A stretch of 64,000 nt of DNA from Vulcanimicrobiales bacterium. GTDB lineage: Bacteria > Vulcanimicrobiota > Vulcanimicrobiia > Vulcanimicrobiales > Vulcanimicrobiaceae. The stretch spans positions 64,001-128,000 of the forward strand of contig JBBQQR010000004.1 in NCBI GenBank assembly GCA_038215615.1. The letters run 5' to 3'. The notes under the pieces are model-generated. The model searched no databases, was not told the DNA's origin, and was given only the letters and a program-made list of their open reading frames with translations. This document shows positions 1 through 10,471 of this stretch, piece by piece. Every line of letters starts with the position of its first letter. The first letter of the stretch is position 1. A program made the translations under genes and the position numbers.

Positions 1-1
1 C

Positions 2-412
2 GACGTTCTCAACTACAAAGCCGGAACCTCGAATGCGCTTTCCGAGCTTGCTTACGCGTACGAAGGTTTTCAGCGAACGGCGCTGATCGCGGATTCGCAC
101 TTCGTCGTGGAACGCGTCACCGCAACCGAAACGCCGGCTTCAATGGGAACGCACGACCGTCCGCTTATCGTGATGACGCTCGCAGACGAACTCGAGCTCG
201 CCTGTGCTGACGGAAACACGCATTTGCACCGCTACCAAACCGCGCTCATTCCGGCCGCCGCGCAAACGGTGCGCATCTCCGGCAACGGACCCGCATCGCC
301 GTTCCTGCTGGTGACGCCGCCCGCGTCGGCGGAAACCATGAAGCAGCGCCTCCATGACGCAGGCGTCGCGCAACCCGTCATCGAGCAGTTTCTCGCGCAG
401 TTCGCGGGCTAG
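2..412 (+). CDS. C-terminal part of a probable class I mannose-6-phosphate isomerase (cupin), truncated by window start
   Basis: Frame open from base 2 (DVLNY...FQRTALIADSHFVVERV...QTALIPAA) resembles the ManA C-terminal cupin. Confidence 0.5.
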   Translation, partial: DVLNYKAGTSNALSELAYAYEGFQRTALIADSHFVVERVTATETPASMGTHDRPLIVMTLADELELACADGNTHLHRYQTALIPAAAQTVRISGNGPASPFLLVTPPASAETMKQRLHDAGVAQPVIEQFLAQFAG

Positions 413-978
413 CTGAAAGAGCGGATTCGCGAGCGCAGTTCTTCTCCCGTATCGAGCGCATCTTGCGGCACGAGCGGGCGCCGGTCCGGCTGCAGGCGCG
501 CAATATCCCACCGCTGTTCGGGCTGCGTTCCAAAATAGCCGTCGAGCAGCGCGGCCTCCGCATGCGTCATGATGTGCTCCGCGTCAACCGGAACGCGATA
601 ACGGGCAGCGAGTTTCGCCGCGACTACACAGAATGCGTCGATGAGTCCCGCGGTGAGCGGATACGGGCCGAAGTCATTGGGTTTCGAGCCTTGCATGCCC
701 ATGACGGAGATTCCCAGCGCGAATGAATTTCGCTTGCGCGTATGCGCGGCGTACGGTTCGTCGGGCGCATCGTAAACGCAGCGCATGTTTTCGCGAACGT
801 CGTGAGTGTTGACGACGACGATTTCGCCGTCATCGTCCAATGCAACGCAAAAATGGTAGGCCGGAAAAACCGACCGGTAGTCGTGCGCGGACCAATGGAT
901 GTAGATATTGTCTATGCGGCCTTCGGGCAGATCGGGCGCCCACTGGGTCAGCTTCCACGACGGATACTCCATCATCAT
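409..978 (-). CDS. N-acetylmuramoyl-L-alanine amidase-like protein (Amidase_2 fold)
   Basis: IYIHWSA, YHFCV, AHTRKRNSFALGIS and IMTHAE motifs; start moved to the ATG run at 978. Confidence 0.7.
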   Translation of the reverse strand: MMMEYPSWKLTQWAPDLPEGRIDNIYIHWSAHDYRSVFPAYHFCVALDDDGEIVVVNTHDVRENMRCVYDAPDEPYAAHTRKRNSFALGISVMGMQGSKPNDFGPYPLTAGLIDAFCVVAAKLAARYRVPVDAEHIMTHAEAALLDGYFGTQPEQRWDIARLQPDRRPLVPQDALDTGEELRSRIRSFS

Positions 979-1032
979 ATCTTCGCCGCACGGCATGACA
1001 ACCCGCGCCTTGGAGCCAAAGCAACGCGAGCA

Positions 1033-2334
1033 ATGATCGGCAACTCTGCGCCCGTCCGCTGGCGCGGCGGCCTTGCTCCGGGACACGAGCGGCGCGGCGG
1101 CGAGCTCTTCGCTGGCGGCGTTTGCGCCGACGAACTCGCCACGGCGTACGGCACGCCGCTGCTCGCGATCGATTACGACGTCTTCGATGCGGCGATCGCA
1201 CATTTCTTGCAAGCATGCGCGCCTCACTCAGTCGAAATAGCTTACGCCGGCAAAGCCCTGCTGCTTGCCGCGCTCGCGCGCCATTTGAAACACACGTCGC
1301 TACACCTGGACGTCTGCTCGCTGGGGGAACTCGCCACCGCCGAACGGGCAGCTTTCCCGCCCGACCGGATCGCTTTTCACGGTTGCGGAAAAACCACCGA
1401 GGAACTCGACGCAGCCGCCGAGGGACGCGTGGCTCGTGTCATCGTCGACAACCTCGAAGAGCTGCGCCGCCTCGCAAGCCGTTCCGGCGGCGCGAAGGTT
1501 CCCGTTCTGCTGCGAATCAACTCCGGCATCGAAGCGCACACCCACGAATTCGTGCGCACCGGCGGAGCACGCACGAAGTTCGGCTTCGACGCCGCCGCTC
1601 TGCCGGCCGCGCTCGCGACCCTCAAGAAATCGCCGGGCTTACACTTCGAGGGACTGCACTCGCATATCGGCTCGCAGATTTACGACGCGCACGCGTTCGC
1701 CGAAAATACGCATGCACTCATGGAGCGGGCCGCTTTCGCCGCGGCCGCCGGCTTTGTGACCGAGCGCATCGTTGTAGGCGGCGGCTTCGGCGTTTCGATG
1801 CGACCCAACGAGCCCGCCACCTTCGATGCAGACAAAACAATCACGGAGATCGCCAACGCGGCGAAAAAAGACGCCCGTCGCTGGAATCTTCCGCTTCCGC
1901 GGATAGGCATCGAGCCCGGGCGGGCGCTCATCGCGCACGCCGGCACGACGCTCTATCGCGTGATGTCGGCCAAACGCGAATCCGGCAAACCGTTTGTCAT
2001 CGTCGATGGCGGCATCTATGAAAATCCCCGCCCCGCACTCTACGGCGCGTACCACCATGCGTACGCCGCGCGCGAAAATGGGCCGCTGCAGGAAACCACT
2101 CTCTGCGGCCGGTCTTGCGAAAATGACGAACTCGGCACCGCCGGGTTGCCTTCGAACGTCGCCGAAGGCGATCTGATCGCAATGTGCACGACCGGGGCAT
2201 ACACCTACAGCATGGCGGGAAATTACAATCGCTTCGCGCGCCCGGCGGTCGTCGCCGTACGCGGCGGCACGCACACCCTCATCGCCAAGCGTGAAAGCAT
2301 CGACGACATCCTACGGAACGACTGTGATGAATAG
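1033..2334 (+). CDS. lysA: diaminopimelate decarboxylase
   Basis: YGTPL, YAGKA (PLP Lys), HSHIGSQI, EPGRAL, CENDE and GAYTYSMAGNYN motifs; likely ATG at 1033. Confidence 0.93.
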   Translation: MIGNSAPVRWRGGLAPGHERRGGELFAGGVCADELATAYGTPLLAIDYDVFDAAIAHFLQACAPHSVEIAYAGKALLLAALARHLKHTSLHLDVCSLGELATAERAAFPPDRIAFHGCGKTTEELDAAAEGRVARVIVDNLEELRRLASRSGGAKVPVLLRINSGIEAHTHEFVRTGGARTKFGFDAAALPAALATLKKSPGLHFEGLHSHIGSQIYDAHAFAENTHALMERAAFAAAAGFVTERIVVGGGFGVSMRPNEPATFDADKTITEIANAAKKDARRWNLPLPRIGIEPGRALIAHAGTTLYRVMSAKRESGKPFVIVDGGIYENPRPALYGAYHHAYAARENGPLQETTLCGRSCENDELGTAGLPSNVAEGDLIAMCTTGAYTYSMAGNYNRFARPAVVAVRGGTHTLIAKRESIDDILRNDCDE

Positions 2335-2337
2335 CAA

Positions 2338-2412
2338 GCCCTTCGACTGGCGCGCTCTCGCGCGCCGCTCAGGATGACAATGGCACGCTCGCGCGCGCCG
2401 ACCAGGATGACA
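2338..2412 (+). repeat. REP-like palindromic element, tandem degenerate double copy
   Basis: GCCCTTCGAC-TGGCGCGCTCTCGCGCGCC-GCTCAGGATGACA followed by TGGCACGCTCGCGCGCGCCGACCAGGATGACA; related copies at 44968, 56429, 59418 and 63185. Confidence 0.8.
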
Positions 2413-3900
2413 ACGTTATTTTTTGCGGTTCTGCTGTTGACGCCATTTGCCGCAACAGCGGCGGACATGTCGTCCGTCGCAACGTTGGCAAAGCCGGCTC
2501 CGGGCGGCGCGCCGTGGAGTGCCGCGCAGATTGCTGCGCTGCATCGCACGATCGAAAAACTGCTGGCGGGACCGACGCTGCGCGGCGCTCAGGTGGGGCT
2601 GATCGCGATTGACACGGTTCGCCGAAACACGCTTTATTCGCAAAACGCCGATCAAGAGTTCATGCCGGCTTCGAACTTTAAATTGCTGGTCGGCTCCGCC
2701 GCGCTGAATATCCTGGGCACGGGATTCGCTTACACCACCTCGATCGCAGCGGACGGGCCGCCGAAAAACGGCGCGATTACCGGCAACGTCTACCTGCGGG
2801 GCGGCGGCGACGCGCTCCTGAGCGCACAAGATCTCGACAACGCCGCGGCCGCTATTGCCGCGCAAAGCGTAAAAAGCATCTCGGGCAGCATCGTGACGGA
2901 CGCCACCCATTTCGATTCGGTACGGTACGGCTACGGCTGGTCTTGGGACGACCTGCCTTTTTACTACGCGCCCGTGGTTACTGCGCTGGAGCTTGAGGAC
3001 GGCATCGTTCACATGTATTTTTCTCCGGGCACCGCACCGGGCGCACCGGCGCAGATAACGATTCGGCCTTTAACGGACGCGTTTACGCTCGATAACCGGC
3101 TCGTGACCGGGCCACCCAAATCCAAGGATACCTCCGAACTCGTGCGCCCCTGGGATCAACCAACAACGATTCGCATCACCGGCAGCTATCCGGCCGATGC
3201 AAAAATTTCAGGCGACGTGCGCCCGGCGGTCCCCGATCCCCAGGGTTATGCGGGCGATGTTTTCGCCAAAGCGTTGGGCGCGCACGGCATCACCGTCACC
3301 GGCCCAATGCAAAGCGGAAAAACGCCCGCGGGCGCCACGCTGCTCTGGAGCAAACATTCCGAAGCCATGCCGCAACTGCTCGCCGACTTCTGGTATCCGA
3401 GCGATAATTTGATGGGAGAAATGTTTCTGAAAGAACTCGGCTACCGTTTAAAAGGCGCGCCGGGAACGTTTGAAATCGGAATCGCGATGGAGAATCAGTA
3501 TCTGAAGGCGGCGGGCATCGATCCTTCGACGGTGACGATCTCCGACGGTTCGGGGCTCTCGCAATATGACCGCATCACGCCGCACGATCTGCTGCTGATC
3601 TTGCAAAACGATTGGAGTTCGCCCAACCGCGACGTAGTTCTCAACGCTTTACCGGTCGCGGGCGTCCGCGGATCGCTCAAGAGCTCGTATAAAGGAACGG
3701 CCGCGGAAAACACTGTCTTCGCGAAGACCGGCAGCATCAGCCACGTGCGCACGATTTCGGGGTACGTCAGAACGAAGACGCACGGCCCCGTGACGTTCTC
3801 ATTCATGATCAATCAATGGATGGGCGAGGATCGGCCGCACGGCGCAGCCGACTTAGCGACGCTTCGCGGCGCCATTCTCGCGGCGATCGCGTCGCAGTAG
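2407..3900 (+). CDS. dacB: D-alanyl-D-alanine carboxypeptidase/endopeptidase (PBP4, peptidase S13)
   Basis: Signal peptide; PASNFK (SxxK), SDN, DGSGLS and AKTGS motifs; start 2374 or 2407. Confidence 0.92.
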   Translation: MTTLFFAVLLLTPFAATAADMSSVATLAKPAPGGAPWSAAQIAALHRTIEKLLAGPTLRGAQVGLIAIDTVRRNTLYSQNADQEFMPASNFKLLVGSAALNILGTGFAYTTSIAADGPPKNGAITGNVYLRGGGDALLSAQDLDNAAAAIAAQSVKSISGSIVTDATHFDSVRYGYGWSWDDLPFYYAPVVTALELEDGIVHMYFSPGTAPGAPAQITIRPLTDAFTLDNRLVTGPPKSKDTSELVRPWDQPTTIRITGSYPADAKISGDVRPAVPDPQGYAGDVFAKALGAHGITVTGPMQSGKTPAGATLLWSKHSEAMPQLLADFWYPSDNLMGEMFLKELGYRLKGAPGTFEIGIAMENQYLKAAGIDPSTVTISDGSGLSQYDRITPHDLLLILQNDWSSPNRDVVLNALPVAGVRGSLKSSYKGTAAENTVFAKTGSISHVRTISGYVRTKTHGPVTFSFMINQWMGEDRPHGAADLATLRGAILAAIASQ

Positions 3901-3903
3901 GCA

Positions 3904-4920
3904 ATGCTCGGCGCCCGTTTCGAAAGCGAGATCCGCGAGCAGCCCGACGTGTGGCGCGCGATTGCGTTATCGGATAAAGCCGAAACGCTCGCGCACGCTA
4001 TCCGCGAACGCGACGTGGTGCTGCTCGGCAGCGGAAGCTCGCTCTTTATGGCGCAGCTGGGCGCTCTGGCGCTGCGGCGGCGCGGCATCCGCGCGCACGC
4101 GCTGGCTGCCACCGAAGCGCCGCTCGACAATGTCGCGTACAGAAATGCCGCGATCATTGCGTGCTCGCAGAGCGGCCGGTCGGGCGACTTGCTCGAGGCG
4201 CTCGACGTGCTGCAGCCCAAGGATCTGATCGCGATCACCAACACGCCCGATTCCGAACTCGGACGACGCGCTAATCTCACCATCGATCTGGCCGCCGGGC
4301 CCGAGATCGCCGTTCCGGCCAGCAAGAGCGTCAGCGCCACGGCCGCGATCCTACTGTGGGCCGCGGGTTTGATGGCGGGCACGCATTTGCGCAGCGCCGG
4401 CAGCCTGACCGAAACAGCCGAGGACGTGCGCAGCTGGCTCGACGGAGCCGGCGTCGAGACCGTGCACGAAGCGGCGCAGCGCATAGCCCGGCGGCGCAGC
4501 ATCGTCATCGTCGCTGCGGGCTACGGCATTCCCATTGCCAACGAATTCGCGCTCAAGTTGAAGGAAGCCAGCTATATTCACGCCGAGGGATTTTCGGCCG
4601 GTGAGTTCCGTCACGGAAGCGCGGCGATGCTCGACGCAACCTGCGCGATCATCGGAATAGTTGACGACGTTGCGCGCAACATCGTCAACGGCCCGATGCT
4701 GGAGGCGGCGCACGCCGAGAGCCTGCGTTACGTCATCGGCGGCCACATCGGCGATATTCCACTGCTCGGTCCCGTGGTGGGGAGTGCCTTTAATACGCTG
4801 GCTTGGCTGGTCGCCGCGCAGATGGTGGCGCTCCACGTCGGCCGCGCGCGCTACGTGGAAAGCGACGCGCCGCGGGGGCTAGCCAAGACGTTGGAGGCCG
4901 GCTCCCCGCGCAGGACTTAA
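3904..4920 (+). CDS. SIS-domain sugar isomerase/deaminase (GlmS C-terminal-like, no glutaminase domain)
   Basis: EIREQP, GSGSS, SQSG, ALKLKEA and EFRHG motifs. Confidence 0.85.
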   Translation: MLGARFESEIREQPDVWRAIALSDKAETLAHAIRERDVVLLGSGSSLFMAQLGALALRRRGIRAHALAATEAPLDNVAYRNAAIIACSQSGRSGDLLEALDVLQPKDLIAITNTPDSELGRRANLTIDLAAGPEIAVPASKSVSATAAILLWAAGLMAGTHLRSAGSLTETAEDVRSWLDGAGVETVHEAAQRIARRRSIVIVAAGYGIPIANEFALKLKEASYIHAEGFSAGEFRHGSAAMLDATCAIIGIVDDVARNIVNGPMLEAAHAESLRYVIGGHIGDIPLLGPVVGSAFNTLAWLVAAQMVALHVGRARYVESDAPRGLAKTLEAGSPRRT

Positions 4921-5059
4921 GGCATACGAGCAGACAATAGTCCAGTCAGCGAACGCGCGTGGGACCACGCCGGTCGCTTTTCTTTTGTTATCGCCGGCGG
5001 AGAAGTCACGGGATGCGTACGAAGCAACGCGACGGTGCCGCCGGCAAGGAGAGCGGCGC

Positions 5060-7927
5060 ATGACAGACTTACGACACTCGGGGCGGTGCACGGCTTTGGC
5101 TATAGCCGTGGCAGTACTCATTGGAATCTTCGCCATTCCGGTACCCGCGCAGGCAGCCAATACTGGCGCCATCGTCGGTACGGTCACGAACACTGCCACC
5201 GGCGCACCGATCGCCAACGTTGACGTCACCGCGGCTTCGCCCGCGGCAACGGCCCGGACAAAGACGGACTCGCGCGGGTTCTACACGCTCCAGGCACTTT
5301 TCCCCGACACGTACACCGTCTCGTATCAAATCAACGGCTACGCGCCGATCGTTCTACCGGGCGTCACAGTGCTGCAAGGGCAAACTGTTTCGCTCAACGA
5401 GACGATGACAAACGCGTTGCGCACAATTGCTTCCGTCACCTCACGTGCGGCGGGCAACCTCGTGCAACCGAACGTGACGTCAGACGTCTACAACGTTTCG
5501 GGAGCGCAATTGAACGCACTTTCGCTCGGAAACGATCTGCACAAGACGCTTTACCAGTACGTACAAGGCGTACCGGGCGTCACCTCGACCGGTTTCCCCG
5601 CGCAACCGCGCATTCACGGCGGCAGTATCACCGACATCGGCTATGAGTTCGATGGGATTCCGATCAAGGAACGCATCACGGGCTTCTTTACGACGAACCT
5701 TTCGAACGTCGGCATCGCCAACGTCGAAGTCTACACCGGCGGCCTCTCGGCGGGCGATGCGGCCAACGGCCTGGGCATCATTAATACGGTCGTAAAGTCG
5801 GGCACGTACCCGGCGTTCGGCCAAGTTTCGTTCGGCACCAATCTCTACGGTCAGAACCAACAGCTGACTGCAGAATTTGGCGGAGCGACGCCCAACCGGC
5901 GCTTTTCGTGGTATGCCGCGATCGACAAAACCAACCAGCTGAACTACTACAGCTCCGGGCTGACCTATCCGGCAGTCCTCGCGGAAGGCTTGAACGGCCC
6001 CGGACCGGTGAAAACCACGGACATCGTCGCCAACTTCCATTACCGTCCAAGTGACAGGAACGACATACAGTTCCTCGTCCAAAACGGCGTCGGCGACTTC
6101 ATGTTCAACTATTTGATGGCACGCGCGCCGGGAGAAGCGCCACCAGTAACCGCAGTACCGTGCCCAGGATACGCGGTTTCGGCGACAACGTATACGGGTG
6201 CCACGGGTGGAACCGCGCCCAACGGGCAGAACTGCCCGCTCGGTCTTTACTTCGGAACGGCCTCAAACAACAACGGGAACATCTGGCACCACTACTCGGG
6301 CATCGGTAAGATTCAGTGGAACCACATCATTAACGACCACTCGTTCTTCGCACTGAGATTCGCCGAGAATTTCAACCAGTACATCTTCGATCAACCGGTC
6401 GTAGATGCAAACCTAGCCATTGAAAATACAGCCGATTTTCGTGTCCGCGCCGGCTGCCCGCCGGTACCATACATGCCCGGCACGCCCATCATGAATAGCG
6501 GCGCGGGAACCAGCGGCGTTGCATGCATGCAGCAGACCAACTGGTTCAATACGGGTTTCTTTGGAGACCGGCGCTCCAATATGTACTTGGCCTCGCTCGA
6601 TTACACCAACGCCGTTAACGCGAACACGACCATCCGGGCGGGCATCGGCCAAGAGTACGACATCAATCTCTACAACTTCTATTACACGTTCTTCTTTAAC
6701 ACGGATGGGTCGTACCCGGGAACCAACTTCACGTCGAACTATCCGACTCACGTTCCGAGCGCGTACGTTGATGTCGCACTGCGTAACAGCCGGTGGCTGG
6801 TTCAACCCGGGCTTCGTTATCAGCGGATGTCCTATAGTTATCCCGGAGGCCCGTTCACCGTCGGAATCCTCAATCCGACATTCTCAGCGACATACACGAT
6901 GGGACCGAACGACGTGATCCGGGGATCGTACACCGACTCGACAACGTTCGTCGGCAGCGGATACGTTTTTCGGATCGTTCCGCCGGGTCCGCTTAACGGC
7001 GGGTCGGCAACGTCACCGCCGTTTACGCCATACAACCCTAGTGCAAACGGCTTCTCGGCGGATCCGACACGGATTCATAGCGCCGACCTTCAGTGGGAGC
7101 ATCAATTCGATGCCAACACGTCGCTGAAGTTCGGACCGTGGATGAACAAAGCGACGAATACGTTCTATCTCTACCGGCCGCAAACGAGCGCTGACGGCGT
7201 GTTGCCGATCACGTTCGGCCCGCAGCTCCCGCAAAACGGCGGGATCCGTCAAGCGTTCGGTTTCGAACTGGGCGTGAACCACACCGACCCGCGGCCGATC
7301 GGCGTGTCGTGGTGGCTTAGCGCGACGTACGACAACTACTGGACGTCGATTACGTCGTCGCTAGCGGCGTCGTTCAACGTTGCGCCACTGCCGACTCCTG
7401 TCGTGCAGCGCGGCAACCTGATCCGGTCCGCCTTCGATCCGCTCATTAGCGGAACGCTTACGGCCGATCTGCACTACAACAACTTCCACCTCATCCCGCT
7501 GGTCTATTTCCAGGGACCTTCGTTCACGAACATCGGCGTGCAGACCATCTGCACGATCGGGATAACGACGAGCGCGTCGAGATGCACGAATACGTTCCAC
7601 GGACAAGTCCAGCCCCCGCAGATCGGGCAATCAGAAGCGATGACACAAGGATACTGGGTGATGAACATGAGTGCGCTCACCCACCTGCCGCACGGCCTCA
7701 CGTTGGGCCTGCAAGTGCAGAACCTGTTCAGCCAAACGCACGATCCGACCGGTGAATGTTCGGCTAGCCAGCTCGGAAGCACGCCGACACTCTACACGGG
7801 TTGCGGACCGTTCTGGCCCAACACGCCGACGCTGACGCCGGCAACGGGGGGTTCGTACCGCACGTACCAAGACTACTCGCAGACGACTCCGCAGTTCGAG
7901 CTGTTCTTGGTCAAGCGCATCCCGTAG
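5060..7927 (+). CDS. TonB-dependent receptor-like outer membrane protein with N-terminal carboxypeptidase-regulatory-like domain
   Basis: AGGAGAG RBS, signal peptide, GAIVGTVT...PDTYTV domain, plug-like VPGV/IHGG/FDGIPI segment, aromatic beta-strand C-terminal region. Confidence 0.8.
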   Translation: MTDLRHSGRCTALAIAVAVLIGIFAIPVPAQAANTGAIVGTVTNTATGAPIANVDVTAASPAATARTKTDSRGFYTLQALFPDTYTVSYQINGYAPIVLPGVTVLQGQTVSLNETMTNALRTIASVTSRAAGNLVQPNVTSDVYNVSGAQLNALSLGNDLHKTLYQYVQGVPGVTSTGFPAQPRIHGGSITDIGYEFDGIPIKERITGFFTTNLSNVGIANVEVYTGGLSAGDAANGLGIINTVVKSGTYPAFGQVSFGTNLYGQNQQLTAEFGGATPNRRFSWYAAIDKTNQLNYYSSGLTYPAVLAEGLNGPGPVKTTDIVANFHYRPSDRNDIQFLVQNGVGDFMFNYLMARAPGEAPPVTAVPCPGYAVSATTYTGATGGTAPNGQNCPLGLYFGTASNNNGNIWHHYSGIGKIQWNHIINDHSFFALRFAENFNQYIFDQPVVDANLAIENTADFRVRAGCPPVPYMPGTPIMNSGAGTSGVACMQQTNWFNTGFFGDRRSNMYLASLDYTNAVNANTTIRAGIGQEYDINLYNFYYTFFFNTDGSYPGTNFTSNYPTHVPSAYVDVALRNSRWLVQPGLRYQRMSYSYPGGPFTVGILNPTFSATYTMGPNDVIRGSYTDSTTFVGSGYVFRIVPPGPLNGGSATSPPFTPYNPSANGFSADPTRIHSADLQWEHQFDANTSLKFGPWMNKATNTFYLYRPQTSADGVLPITFGPQLPQNGGIRQAFGFELGVNHTDPRPIGVSWWLSATYDNYWTSITSSLAASFNVAPLPTPVVQRGNLIRSAFDPLISGTLTADLHYNNFHLIPLVYFQGPSFTNIGVQTICTIGITTSASRCTNTFHGQVQPPQIGQSEAMTQGYWVMNMSALTHLPHGLTLGLQVQNLFSQTHDPTGECSASQLGSTPTLYTGCGPFWPNTPTLTPATGGSYRTYQDYSQTTPQFELFLVKRIP

Positions 7928-7949
7928 GCCCGGAATCGGCAGAACCTCT

Positions 7950-7981
7950 GGGGCGGTGCGAAAGCATCGCCCCTTTCGTTT
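7950..7981 (+). terminator. intrinsic terminator
   Basis: GGGGCGGTGC-GAAA-GCATCGCCCC stem followed by TTTCGTTT. Confidence 0.75.
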
Positions 7982-7996
7982 GTCGAAACGCGATGC

Positions 7997-9487
7997 ATGC
8001 CGTTCCCACTTCCGCTGCTCCTGGGCGCGCTTCTCGCGCAGGCGAGCCCAACTCCCACGCCCGCACCGATGCCCGCAGGCTTGGTGTACTACGGGAATCC
8101 GGCCGCCACACTCACGATCGTTTCGCGCCCGCTCGGATTCGATCCGGACGGGAACGCGCGCTGGCTCCTGGTCGCGCGCTTTCTCGACGCGCAGGGCAAA
8201 CCCACGCGCATCATGACGGGCAGCGACCTCGATTGGCTCTCGCGCGACGGCTATGTGCAGTGGCAGACGCGCCTGCGCTTTGGTCAGCCCGCAGCTATTC
8301 TCAAAACCCATCGTAACGGGCGCCTGCAGATCGTCGTGCGCTCGAACACGCCGAAGCTCGGCAGCGTCACGGTCATGACCGACACGCGCAGCTGGACCGG
8401 ATCGCGGGTCGTCGCGCAAGCGCTCGGACCGCATACGATCCAAGTCGGCTGGTTTCCGCAAGAGAACGTATTGGCGCGCGTCGTGCGTATCGACAGTTTT
8501 GGCAGACGCGCAATCATGAGCGTCATCGCCGGACCGAGCTCTTCCTATCGCGACACATCGGTGGAACCGGGCGCACACTACCGCTACCTCGTGTACCGAA
8601 GCGACCATCCGGCGGCGAAAACGACGGCGATTGTGACGCCGCCGGCCGCGCCCGCGACTTTGCTTTCGGCTGCCTCGGGAAAAGCGATGTGGCTGTTCTT
8701 TACGGTGAACCCGCTCGATCCGCTGTACTTCAAACACCTCGATCCGCAGGCCATGGTCAACCAAGCCGTGCGCGCCGGTTTGCACTACGTGGAACTGCGC
8801 ACGGCGTACGGCGCGTATTGGGAGATCACGCCCGAGGCGAAACCCACGGTCGATGCAATTATCGACGGTTTAGCGGCGCACGGCATCGGCACGATCGGTT
8901 GGACGGTTCCGCGCGATACGACGTTCGAAGATCTGCAAGCCAGCGTCCGTACCGCATATTATAGGACGGCTAAGGGCACGCCGCTGACGGGGCTCGCCGT
9001 CGATTTGGAGCGCGGTGACGAGTTCATGGGCGGCGATCCGCAAAAGTTGGATGCGCTGTGGCTGTACATGCAGCGCCTGCGCGCCGCGCTCGGCCCAAAG
9101 TATTTGCTGGTCTCGACCATCGAGGATCCCTATCTCGAACATCTCACCCTCGCAAAATATCCGTACCGCCAAATCGCGCAATACAGCGACGTGCTGCAGC
9201 CGATGGCGTACTGGCGTATGATGCGGCGCACGCCGACAACACCGGAGCAAGTCAAGGTGTTGCTGCGAGCATCGTACGACAAAGTGATCGCGCTGAGCGG
9301 CCGGCGGTTGCCGGTAAGTATGGGCGGACAGACGACCGCGGAGGGACGCAACGGCTACCCGCCCGCCGATGAGATCACCGCGTCACTCGATGCGAGCCGC
9401 GCCGCCGGAGCGATCGGCGAGTGTTTCTTTGCCTGGGATGGCACGCAGCCGTACCAGTGGGACGCGCTGGCGGCATACCGCTGGTGA
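7997..9487 (+). CDS. secreted protein with FN3-like domain and putative glycoside-hydrolase-like TIM barrel
   Basis: Signal peptide; YRDTSVEPGAHYRYLV (FN3-like); GKAMW, LAVDLE and LQPMAYW barrel motifs. Confidence 0.6.
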   Translation: MPFPLPLLLGALLAQASPTPTPAPMPAGLVYYGNPAATLTIVSRPLGFDPDGNARWLLVARFLDAQGKPTRIMTGSDLDWLSRDGYVQWQTRLRFGQPAAILKTHRNGRLQIVVRSNTPKLGSVTVMTDTRSWTGSRVVAQALGPHTIQVGWFPQENVLARVVRIDSFGRRAIMSVIAGPSSSYRDTSVEPGAHYRYLVYRSDHPAAKTTAIVTPPAAPATLLSAASGKAMWLFFTVNPLDPLYFKHLDPQAMVNQAVRAGLHYVELRTAYGAYWEITPEAKPTVDAIIDGLAAHGIGTIGWTVPRDTTFEDLQASVRTAYYRTAKGTPLTGLAVDLERGDEFMGGDPQKLDALWLYMQRLRAALGPKYLLVSTIEDPYLEHLTLAKYPYRQIAQYSDVLQPMAYWRMMRRTPTTPEQVKVLLRASYDKVIALSGRRLPVSMGGQTTAEGRNGYPPADEITASLDASRAAGAIGECFFAWDGTQPYQWDALAAYRW

Positions 9488-9518
9488 ATCCAACGCCGGC
9501 CCGAAAACGTTCTAGTCA

Positions 9519-9995
9519 ATGATGAGCAACGAAACGGCGACCTTCGCGGCAGGCTGCTTCTGGGGTGTCGAAGCGGCTTTTCGGCAGCTTCCGGGCGTGC
9601 TGGAAGTCACCAGTGGATACACCGGCGGCCACACGGTCGCGCCGAGTTACCAGGATGTCTGCAGTGGGCGCACCGGGCACGCCGAGGCCGTAGAGATTCT
9701 CTACGACCCGCAAAAAATTTCTTACGACGCGCTGCTCGACGCGTTCTGGAAAATTCACGATCCTACGACGGCCAACCGTCAGGGGCCCGACGTCGGAACG
9801 CAGTACCGTTCGGCGATTTTCACGCACGGCGGCGAACAGCAAAAACTGGCTGAAACGTCGCGCACGCGCGAGCAAGGCAATCAATCCCAGCCAATCGTGA
9901 CGGAGATTGCGGCCGCCGGCGATTTTTATCCGGCCGAAGATTACCATCAGCGATATTTCGAAAGAAATGGGGTCGCATGCCACATAGCACTATGA
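9519..9995 (+). CDS. msrA: peptide-methionine (S)-S-oxide reductase
   Basis: [15 protein letters not shown] and [10 protein letters not shown] motifs. Confidence 0.96.
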   Translation: MMSNETATFAAGCFWGVEAAFRQLPGVLEVTSGYTGGHTVAPSYQDVCSGRTGHAEAVEILYDPQKISYDALLDAFWKIHDPTTANRQGPDVGTQYRSAIFTHGGEQQKLAETSRTREQGNQSQPIVTEIAAAGDFYPAEDYHQRYFERNGVACHIAL

Positions 9996-10471
9996 CGCGC
10001 GCGGCTTTTGCGATCAGCGTCGCTTCTGCAGTTGGCGCGCTGGCATTTATGCGTGGCGCGCGCGCCAGCGAGAGCTATGCCGTGACCCACAGCGACACGG
10101 AGTGGCGGCAAATACTCGGACCGGCACGCTTTCAAATCTTACGCCAAAACGGCACCGAGCCGCCGGGCAGCAGCCCGTTGAACGACGAGCATCGTTCCGG
10201 GACCTATTCCTGCGCGGCATGCGGGCTGGCGAACTTTTCTTCCAAAACCAAATATGATGCGGGCGAAGGCTGGCCGAGTTTCTGGGTCCCCCTTCCTGAC
10301 GCAATCCGCACCCGCGCGGATTACGAGCTCCTCGATCCGCGCACCGAAGCGCACTGCCGCCGCTGCGGGTCGCATCTGGGACATATTTTTGACGATGGCC
10401 CCAAGCCGACCGGAAAACGCTACTGCATCGACGGGTTGGCGCTCACGTTCGCGCCGGGGAAAGCCGCTTAG
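9992..10471 (+). CDS. msrB: peptide-methionine (R)-S-oxide reductase with signal peptide
   Basis: [30 protein letters not shown] and RYCID motifs; ATGA overlap with msrA. Confidence 0.94.
   Translation: MTRAAFAISVASAVGALAFMRGARASESYAVTHSDTEWRQILGPARFQILRQNGTEPPGSSPLNDEHRSGTYSCAACGLANFSSKTKYDAGEGWPSFWVPLPDAIRTRADYELLDPRTEAHCRRCGSHLGHIFDDGPKPTGKRYCIDGLALTFAPGKAA

Noticed and set aside
742..1032. 97-aa N-terminal extension of LysA
   Set aside because: Overlaps the divergent amidase gene; homology-like sequence starts near ATG 1033
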